DNA of 57,127 nucleotides from a virus (Duplodnaviria; Heunggongvirae; Uroviricota; Caudoviricetes): IMG/VR virus record IMGVR_UViG_2597489870_000006, positions 1 to 57,127 of that record; one strand, 5' to 3'. Shown piece by piece: positions 50,004 to 57,127 of this stretch (position 1 is its first letter; each line of letters starts with the position of its first letter). The notes under the pieces were generated by a model. It saw only the letters and a program-made list of their open reading frames with translations, ran no database searches and was not told where the DNA came from. The position numbers and the translations under genes were made by a program.

Positions 50004-50027
50004 GCCACCGAAAGGTGGCTTTTTATT
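50004..50027 (+). terminator. Rho-independent terminator after cI
   Basis: gccacc-gaaa-ggtggc stem-loop followed by tttttatt. Confidence 0.65.
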
Positions 50028-50034
50028 ACCTATA

Positions 50035-50095
50035 AATTTGCATACCTCGCAAATATCACTTGCATATCTCGCAATTTAATTTTATCTTTTGTTCC
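50035..50095. promoter_or_regulatory. OL/PL-type operator region (two TTGCATAYCTCGCAA repeats)
   Basis: ttgcatacctcgcaaat and ttgcatatctcgcaatt 22 bp apart, downstream of the cI terminator. Confidence 0.5.
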
Positions 50096-50281
50096 AGACC
50101 AACTACCGGATTACAACAAAATCTGGTTGCAACACGGTGCATGTGTCGTAAGCAGTCAGTAAATGTCAAAAACGAACAGGCAGGACGCCCACGAAGTAGC
50201 CGCCTGGGGCATATGAAGTCCAGGATGATTCGTTGAGTCATGTTGTGCCACTAGGCACTCATGTTAAAGCAGGTGTATGAA

Positions 50282-50557
50282 ATGAAAGTCCAGATTTTAA
50301 ACAATAACTATGAAGTCGTTTGGTCATACGACATAGCCGCCCCTGTAGATCAGAGCGGCGATAGCTGGACCAATGGGAAACATCAGATTATGGCTGGAGT
50401 TGTGTTCTCTTTACGCCGTGCTTTGGAACAGGCTGAAGTATTTCCATCAGACCCTGAATGGAAATGGCCTTTTTCTATTTGTCCAAATTCGGAGAGCACA
50501 TTTCAGAAAATTGGTCAGAAAGTCGCACTCGAAGAGCATCAGCCAACTGTTTCCTGA
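50282..50557 (+). CDS. hypothetical early-left protein (about 91 aa)
   Basis: ATG at 50282 with aggtg SD; overlaps the 3' end of a convergent ORF, so only one may be real. Confidence 0.35.
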   Translation: MKVQILNNNYEVVWSYDIAAPVDQSGDSWTNGKHQIMAGVVFSLRRALEQAEVFPSDPEWKWPFSICPNSESTFQKIGQKVALEEHQPTVS

Positions 50558-50720
50558 TTTTTTCAGGTAACTCGTCGGCATCGCAGAAACAACAACGCTC
50601 GATCATGTTGAAAGCCGATTCGTAGAACTGTTTCTGCTGAGTGTCGCTGAGACAGGAAAAGAGCGACGTTACGATGATTTTATTAATTGCATTATCAAGT
50701 TCTTTTTCATCAAAAGTCAT
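50475..50720 (-). CDS. hypothetical protein (81 aa), convergent with the early-left operon
   Basis: ATG at 50720 with SD aaggaaaa; Cys-containing acidic protein. Confidence 0.35.
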   Translation of the reverse strand: MTFDEKELDNAINKIIVTSLFSCLSDTQQKQFYESAFNMIERCCFCDADELPEKIRKQLADALRVRLSDQFSEMCSPNLDK

Positions 50721-51158
50721 TTGATTTTCCTTTTATGTATACGAGCTTAAAAGGATACCACCGAGCCTGAAGTGGTGAAAAGACAGGCACATAACAGCTA
50801 AGTATTTTCAACCAAAGAGAATCCTTAGCGTTGTGGTGAATGCGGCTCAGCGCACGCGGGTTAAGGTTGAGGCTGACAGTCGACCTTCTGTGGATACCCA
50901 CCCGTCTGGTGTGCAACCTTCGCCAGGCACCGGGAGGCACCCGGCACCACAACTTTATGCTGTGTGTAGTCCTGGCGGTACCAGTTTGTACCCTTGCTTC
51001 CGGCTGGTACCGTCCTTTTTACAAAACAGAGAAGAGCATCACCGGACGACGGGCTCATAACCCAATCCATCCGGGCGGCTGCCACCGCAGGTGTTCTTCT
51101 CTGTTTTGTGGAGAAACTAATCGGCCTTGCAGGGTCGATATGATGAGGAGCAGCAAAA

Positions 51159-51520
51159 TGGCTAGCGAACGCAGTACTGATGTGCAGGCATTTATCGGGG
51201 AGCTGGACGGCGGCGTATTTGAAACCAAAATCGGCGCAGTTCTCAGTGAAGTCGCTTCCGGTGTGATGAACACGAAAACCAAAGGTAAGGTCTCACTCAA
51301 CCTGGAAATCGAACCATTTGATGAGAACCGTGTGAAAATCAAACACAAACTCTCATATGTTCGCCCGACTAACCGCGGGAAAATTTCCGAAGAAGACACC
51401 ACCGAAACGCCGATGTATGTCAATCGCGGTGGTCGCCTGACTATTCTGCAGGAAGACCAGGGACAATTACTGACTCTTGCCGGTGAGCCTGACGGAAAAT
51501 TACGCGCAGCAGGTCATTAA
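51159..51520 (+). CDS. hypothetical early protein (120 aa)
   Basis: ATG at 51159 with SD gaggag; upstream portion of the 226-aa track ORF is structured non-coding sequence. Confidence 0.5.
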
Positions 51521-51580
51521 TATCGTTCTTAATTAACTGATTATTTATCTCATCACTGAATATCTTTATATAGTGAGGAC

Positions 51581-52405
51581 ATGTCTCAGAACTTAGACGC
51601 AACCGCAATTAATCAAATCCATGCCCTTATTTCTGCTCAGGGTGTTAATGAAATTATCAGTAATATTGGTGCCGATGCTGTGGCATTGCCTGAGAATTTC
51701 CGCATTCATGATCTGGAAAAATTTAATTTAAATCGCTTCCGTTTCCGTGGTGCGCTTTCCACTGCCAGCATCGATGACTTTACCCGTTATTCTAAAGATC
51801 TTGCAGATGAAGGCACCCGCTGCTTTATCGATGCTGATAATATGCGTGCCGTCAGTGTACTTAACCTGGGTACTATTGATGAACCAGGTCACGCAGATAA
51901 CACCGCCACTCTCAAACTGAAAAAGACAGCACCGTTCTCTGCCCTGTTGTCTGTTAACGGCGAGCGTAACTCCCAGAAGTCACTGGCAGAATGGATCGAA
52001 GACTGGGCCGACTACCTTGTGGGCTTTGATGCTAATGGTGATGCCATTCAGGCAACAAAAGCGGCTGCGGCAGTCCGTAAAATCACGATTGAAGCAAACC
52101 AGACCGCTGATTTTGAAGACAATGACTTCAGCGGCAAACGCTCCCTGATGGAGTATGTCGAAGCGAAGACCAAAGATATTATGCCTGTGGCATTTGAATT
52201 TAAATGCGTTCCGTTTGAAGGCCTGAAAGAACGTCCGTTTAAATTACGCCTCAGCATTATCACTGGCGATCGTCCTGTACTGGTTCTGCGCATTATTCAG
52301 CTGGAAGCAGTGCAGGAAGAAATGGCTAACGAATTTCGTGATCTGCTTGTTGAGAAATTCAAGGACAGCAAAGTAGAAACCTTTATTGGTACTTTCACCG
52401 CCTGA
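51581..52405 (+). CDS. DUF2303 / YfdQ-like prophage protein (274 aa)
   Basis: Sequence and size recalled as matching the YfdQ family of E. coli cryptic prophages. Confidence 0.55.
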   Translation: MSQNLDATAINQIHALISAQGVNEIISNIGADAVALPENFRIHDLEKFNLNRFRFRGALSTASIDDFTRYSKDLADEGTRCFIDADNMRAVSVLNLGTIDEPGHADNTATLKLKKTAPFSALLSVNGERNSQKSLAEWIEDWADYLVGFDANGDAIQATKAAAAVRKITIEANQTADFEDNDFSGKRSLMEYVEAKTKDIMPVAFEFKCVPFEGLKERPFKLRLSIITGDRPVLVLRIIQLEAVQEEMANEFRDLLVEKFKDSKVETFIGTFTA

Positions 52406-52532
52406 TTTCATTACTGCAAATGCCCCTGCGGGGGCATTTATGGAAACGTAATTGACTCAATAATCGCCGGATGGTGAGGGCTTCCTTTTACCAGAATTCA
52501 GCGCGGTGCAGCGCATATACGTGGAGAACAAA

Positions 52533-53069
52533 ATGTCATTTATTAAAACTTTTTCCGGGAAGCATTTTTATTATGACAGGATAAATAAAGACGACATCGT
52601 TATTAACGATATCGCGGTTTCTCTTTCAAATATCTGTCGCTTTGCAGGGCATCTTTCACATTTCTACAGCGTTGCCCAACATGCGGTGCTTTGCAGCCAA
52701 CTGGTACCGCAGGAATTTGCTTTTGAAGCGTTAATGCATGATGCAACAGAAGCGTATTACCAGGACATCCCGGCGCCACTGAAACGCCTTCTTCCTGACT
52801 ATAAACGGATGGAAGAAAAAATAGATGCAGTAATCCGTGAGAAATACGAGTTGCCCCCGGTTATGAGCACGCCTGTGAAATATGCCGATCTAATCATGCT
52901 GGCAACCGAACGCCGTGATCTCGGGCTTGATGATGGCTCTTTATGGCCTGTACTGGAAGGTATCCCGGCAACAGAGATGTTCAAAGTTATTCCACTGGCA
53001 CCGGGCCATGCCTACGGGATGTTTATGGAACGCTTCAACGAGTTATCGGAATTACGCAAATGTGCATAA
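52533..53069 (+). CDS. HD-domain phosphohydrolase (YfdR-like 5'-deoxynucleotidase family, 178 aa)
   Basis: HD motif H...HDATEAYYQDIP; SD ggag before ATG at 52533. Confidence 0.65.
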   Translation: MSFIKTFSGKHFYYDRINKDDIVINDIAVSLSNICRFAGHLSHFYSVAQHAVLCSQLVPQEFAFEALMHDATEAYYQDIPAPLKRLLPDYKRMEEKIDAVIREKYELPPVMSTPVKYADLIMLATERRDLGLDDGSLWPVLEGIPATEMFKVIPLAPGHAYGMFMERFNELSELRKCA

Positions 53070-53938
53070 CTCATGTAGTTAGTTTTTCTGGCGGGAGAAC
53101 ATCCGCATATCTTGTTCACCTGATGGAAGAACAAAGAAAGGCTGGCAATAACGTCTGCTACATCTTTATGGATACCGGTTGCGAACATCCGCTGACATAC
53201 CGCTTTATCCGGGAGGTTGTGAAGTTCTGGGACATACCACTAACTGTGTTACAGGTCGATATAAATCCTGAGCTTGGGCAGCCAAATGGTTATACAGAAT
53301 GGGAGCCAAAGGATATTCAGACACGAATGCCGGTGCTTAAACCGTTTATGGACATGGTTAAAAAGTACGGCACGCCATACATCGGCGGCGCGTTCTGTAC
53401 TGACAGGCTAAAACTCATCCCTTTCACGAAATACTGCGATAACCATTTCGGGCGAGGTAATTACATCACATGGCTGGGTATTCGTGCAGACGAACCCCGT
53501 AGGCTGAAACCGAAATCGGGCGTCCGGTATCTTGCCGAGCTGTCAGATTTTGATAAGTCGGATGTTATCCGGTGGTGGCGAAAACAACCTTTTGATTTGC
53601 AAATCCCGGAGCATCTCGGGAACTGTGTTTTCTGCATCAAAAAGTCAACGCAAAAGCTGGGGCTTGCATGTAAAGACGAACCAGGTCTGATGCGAGTTTT
53701 TAATGAGCTGGTTACAGGCAAACACGTCAGGGATGGTCATCGCAGAACAGGTAAAGACATTATGTACCGTGGTCACCTGACGCTTGACGGAATTGCCAGA
53801 ATGTCTGCCAACAGCGACTACAGAAATTTGTATCAGGCGATGGTACAGGCCAGGCGATTCGATACCGGCTCGTGTTCAGAGTCATGTGAAATCTGGGGTG
53901 ATCAATTGGAATTGGAATTCGAAGAGGTAGGGGTATGA
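53060..53938 (+). CDS. PAPS reductase-like PP-loop ATP pyrophosphatase family protein (292 aa)
   Basis: PP-loop motif SFSGGRTS near the N-terminus; start overlaps the HD gene stop. Confidence 0.6.
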   Translation: MCITHVVSFSGGRTSAYLVHLMEEQRKAGNNVCYIFMDTGCEHPLTYRFIREVVKFWDIPLTVLQVDINPELGQPNGYTEWEPKDIQTRMPVLKPFMDMVKKYGTPYIGGAFCTDRLKLIPFTKYCDNHFGRGNYITWLGIRADEPRRLKPKSGVRYLAELSDFDKSDVIRWWRKQPFDLQIPEHLGNCVFCIKKSTQKLGLACKDEPGLMRVFNELVTGKHVRDGHRRTGKDIMYRGHLTLDGIARMSANSDYRNLYQAMVQARRFDTGSCSESCEIWGDQLELEFEEVGV

Positions 53939-54279
53939 CAACCGAAATTAACTACCATGCACTGCTTGAGCGCGCACGGAATAAAGTGCAGAGCATTGAG
54001 TTCGCCTTAACACAGAGTGCATTCGCTGAGATTCGCGCTGAGCTTGAAAATGATTTAGAACTGGCACGGATTGCACTGGCATCTCTGGAAGTTGAGCCAG
54101 ATGAACGCGCAGCCTATGAATTATTTATGGAAAAGCGTTTCGGTAAAACAGTCGATCGTCGGAGAGCAAAAAACGGCGATAACGAATACATGGCATGGGA
54201 TATGACTCTCGGTTGGATCGTCTGGCAGCAACGAGCTGGTATCCATTTTTCAACAATGTCACAGCAAGAGGTGAAATAA
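53935..54279 (+). CDS. hypothetical protein (114 aa)
   Basis: ORF between PAPS reductase-like gene and xis with ATGA overlaps. Confidence 0.45.
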   Translation: MTTEINYHALLERARNKVQSIEFALTQSAFAEIRAELENDLELARIALASLEVEPDERAAYELFMEKRFGKTVDRRRAKNGDNEYMAWDMTLGWIVWQQRAGIHFSTMSQQEVK

Positions 54280-54629
54280 TGGAGCCATACAGCCTCACAC
54301 TCGATGAGGCCTGTCATTTTCTCAAGATATCCAGACCGACTGCCATTAACTGGATACGCACAGGGCGTCTTCAGGCAACACGCAAAGATCCCACTAAGAA
54401 TAAATCTCCTTACCTCACAACACGACAAGCCTGCATTGCGGCTCTTCAGTCTCCGCAGCATACTGTCCAGGTGAGCGCGGGTGATGGCATAACAGAGGAA
54501 AGAAAATGTCACTCTTCCGCAGAGGTGAAATATGGTACGCCAGTTTCACATTGCCGAACGGTAAAAGATTTAAACAGTCTCTTGGAACAAAGGACAAAAG
54601 GCAGGCGACAGAACTCCATGACAAGCTAA
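54279..54629 (+). CDS. xis: excisionase, P22 Xis-like (116 aa)
   Basis: [41 protein letters not shown]; overlaps the int start in another frame. Confidence 0.75.
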   Translation: MEPYSLTLDEACHFLKISRPTAINWIRTGRLQATRKDPTKNKSPYLTTRQACIAALQSPQHTVQVSAGDGITEERKCHSSAEVKYGTPVSHCRTVKDLNSLLEQRTKGRRQNSMTS

Positions 54630-55669
54630 AGGCTGAAGCATGGCGGGTCAGCAAACTTGGTGAAATACCTGATATAACGTTCGAGGAAGCGTGTGTCAGG
54701 TGGCTTGAAGAGAAAGCACATAAAAAATCACTGGACGATGACAAAAGCCGGATCGGATTCTGGCTTCAACATTTCGCAGGAATGCAACTAAGAGACATTA
54801 CTGAATCAAAAATTTATTCAGCAATGCAGAAAATGACGAACCGGCGTCATGAGGAAAACTGGAAACTCAGGGCAGAAGCATGCAGAAAAAAAGGGAAACC
54901 TGTTCCAGAATACACGCCAAAACCAGCGTCCGTTGCAACGAAGGCTACGCATCTTTCATTTATAAAGGCCCTACTAAGAGCCGCAGAGCGTGAATGGAAA
55001 ATGCTGGATAAGGCACCAATTATTAAAGTGCCTCAACCAAAGAATAAACGGATCCGCTGGCTGGAGCCCCATGAAGCACAAAGGCTGATTGATGAATGTC
55101 CGGAGCCATTAAAGTCTGTTGTTGAATTTGCACTGGCAACAGGCTTAAGACGCTCGAACATCATCAACCTTGAATGGCAACAAATAGACATGCAGCGCCG
55201 GGTGGCATGGATAAACCCGGAAGAGAGTAAATCAAACCGCGCAATTGGCGTTGCGCTGAATGATACTGCATGTCGCGTATTGAAAAAACAAATCGGGAAT
55301 CATCACCGTTGGGTATTTGTGTACAAGGAAAGCTGTACCAAACCAGACGGAACGAAAGCGCCAACAGTAAGGAAGATGCGGTATGACGCAAACACAGCCT
55401 GGAAAGCGGCGCTGAGACGGGCTGGTATTGATGATTTCAGATTTCACGACTTGAGACACACTTGGGCAAGTTGGCTGGTTCAAGCCGGAGTCCCGTTGTC
55501 AGTGTTACAGGAAATGGGAGGCTGGGAGTCTATCGAAATGGTTCGTCGATATGCTCACCTTGCACCTAATCACCTTACCGAACACGCACGGCAAATAGAC
55601 TCGATCCTGAACCCATCGGTCCCAAATTTGTCCCAGTTAAAAAATAAGGAAGGTACTAATGATGTGTAA
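54506..55669 (+). CDS. int: tyrosine integrase, P22 family (387 aa)
   Basis: [47 protein letters not shown]... near-identical to what I recall of P22 Int; ends 15 bp from thrW. Confidence 0.9.
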   Translation: MSLFRRGEIWYASFTLPNGKRFKQSLGTKDKRQATELHDKLKAEAWRVSKLGEIPDITFEEACVRWLEEKAHKKSLDDDKSRIGFWLQHFAGMQLRDITESKIYSAMQKMTNRRHEENWKLRAEACRKKGKPVPEYTPKPASVATKATHLSFIKALLRAAEREWKMLDKAPIIKVPQPKNKRIRWLEPHEAQRLIDECPEPLKSVVEFALATGLRRSNIINLEWQQIDMQRRVAWINPEESKSNRAIGVALNDTACRVLKKQIGNHHRWVFVYKESCTKPDGTKAPTVRKMRYDANTAWKAALRRAGIDDFRFHDLRHTWASWLVQAGVPLSVLQEMGGWESIEMVRRYAHLAPNHLTEHARQIDSILNPSVPNLSQLKNKEGTNDV

Positions 55670-55683
55670 CTTATTGATTTAAA

Positions 55684-55759
55684 TGGTGCCGATAATAGGA
55701 GTCGAACCTACGACCTTCGCATTACGAATGCGCTGCTCTACCAACTGAGCTATATCGGC
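55684..55759 (-). tRNA. thrW: tRNA-Thr (thrW), attachment site of the prophage
   Basis: Reverse complement reads GCCGATATAGCTCAGTTGGTAGAGCAGCGCATTCGTAATGCGAAGGTCGTAGGTTCGACTCCTATTATCGGCACCA, a 76-nt tRNA ending CCA. Confidence 0.9.
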
Positions 55760-55873
55760 CCTGAAAGGACATGTTCACGAACGTGAATCACGGTGGACAA
55801 GGTTAAAACTAACCGGGCGATGCGTCAATGGCCTTGTGAATCAAATGGCTACTTTTGCATCACCCGGTTTTAT

Positions 55874-57127
55874 TTACGCACGAATGGTGTAATCACCAAT
55901 GCCGATCCACTTGTAAGTGGTCAGTGCTTCCAGCCCCATTGGGCCACGCGCGTGGAGTTTTTGTGTGCTTACCGCCACTTCCGCACCCAGACCAAACTGG
56001 CCGCCGTCGGTAAAACGCGTAGAGGCGTTAACGTAAACAGCGGACGAATCCACTTCGTTAACAAAACGCTGGGCGTTGCGCATATCGCGGGTCAGGATCG
56101 CATCGGAGTGTTGTGTGCCGTGTTCACGAATATGGGCGATGGCATCGTCAAGATCGCTGACGATTTTGACGTTCAAATCTAATGACAGAAACTCATCGTC
56201 ATACTCTTCGGCTTTAACAGCAACCACCTTCGCAGGGCCTGCCTGCAACTGCGCCAGTGCAGCTGCATCTGCGTGTAATGTCACGCCGCTTTCCGCCATT
56301 TGTTTGCTTAATGCGGGCAGGAAGCTATCGGCGATGTTTTTATTCACCAGCAACGTTTCAACCGTATTACATGTGCTCGGACGCTGAGTTTTCGCGTTGA
56401 CGATCACTTTTAATGCTTCAGCGATCTCTACACTTTCATCAACGTAAATATGGCATACGCCTATACCACCTGTGATCACCGGGATTGTCGACTGTTCACG
56501 GCACAGTTTATGCAAACCAGCGCCACCACGCGGGATCAGCATGTCGATGTATTTATCCATACGCAGCATTTCACTGACCAGCGCACGGTCAGGATTATCA
56601 ATCGCCTGCACGGCACCCGCCGGTAAGCCGCAGGATTTCAGGGCGTCCTGAATCACCGCCACCGTTGCAGCGTTAGTGCGACACGTTTCTTTGCCACCGC
56701 GCAGGATCACCGCATTACCGGTTTTCAGGCACAGCGAAGCGACATCAACCGTCACGTTCGGGCGCGCTTCATAAATCACGCCAATAACCCCCAGCGGTAC
56801 GCGACGACGCTCAAGACGCAGGCCGCTGTCCAGTACGCCGCCATCGATTACCTGCCCCACCGGATCGGCGAGGTTGCACACCTGACGTACATCGTCGGCA
56901 ATGCCTTTCAGCCGTGCGGGCGTCAGTGCCAGACGGTCAAGCATCGCTTCGCTAAGGCCATTGGCTCGCGCGTCAGCAACATCCTGGGCGTTAGCGTTGA
57001 GGATGATTTCGCTTTGTGCTTCCAGTTCATCGGCGATTTTTTCCAGCACGCGATTTTTTTCGCGGCTGGAGAGTTGCGCTAATTTATACGAGGCTTGCTT
57101 CGCGGCAATGCCCATTTGTTCCAGCAT
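55874..57127 (-). CDS. proA: gamma-glutamyl phosphate reductase (417 aa), chromosomal flank
   Basis: Full-length ORF recognised as E. coli ProA; start codon at the window edge. Confidence 0.9.

Noticed and set aside
50760-51150. Structured GC-rich region as a tRNA or tmRNA gene
   Set aside because: No cloverleaf with a T-loop GTTCRANNC and CCA-ending acceptor could be traced; it is kept only as an unclassified structured region.
50840-51158. N-terminal 106 aa of the 226-aa track ORF (MRLSARGLRLRL...) as coding
   Set aside because: Arg/Cys/Pro-rich low-complexity translation of GC-rich hairpin DNA with no SD; the real gene most likely starts at ATG 51159, which has a good SD.
55760-55873. 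thrW-proA spacer hairpin as a mobile-element feature
   Set aside because: The long imperfect inverted repeat (aaccgggcgatg ... catcacccggtt) followed by a T-run on the minus strand is best explained as the proA transcription terminator, i.e. chromosomal.

Overview
The window runs from inside an integrative element into the chromosomal proA gene (55874-57127, minus strand), and almost all of it is mobile DNA inserted in tandem at tRNA-Thr (thrW, 55684-55759). A 46-bp copy of the thrW 3' end at 15897-15942 (one mismatch) repeats 55684-55729 and delimits two elements. (1) Positions 1-15942: a P4/PICI-like satellite-type island, cut by the window's left edge, with a P4-family integrase, AlpA, an AntA-like antirepressor, a primase-helicase, iteron clusters and a cargo region of unknown genes. 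(2) Positions 15943-55683: a roughly 39.7-kb mosaic lambdoid prophage with a P22-type int/xis next to thrW, a CI/Cro switch, an O-like replication gene with internal iterons, Q antiterminator, lysis cassette, HK97-type head genes, a Mu-type contractile tail and a Gin/Pin-type invertase with an invertible tail-fibre segment. The strongest candidate for an undescribed system is an AT-rich, oppositely oriented KAP-family P-loop NTPase gene (41693-43024) inserted between Q and the late operon, which may be a PifA-like single-gene anti-phage defence. Other candidates are a four-gene cargo operon in the satellite (2168-5791), a single-TM membrane protein (39419-39973), a secreted-protein moron inside the tail cluster (26732-27262) and a GIY-YIG nuclease-domain protein (18001-18774). 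All calls rest on reading the ORF translations and sequence by eye; family names are recalled from memory and no database search was run.
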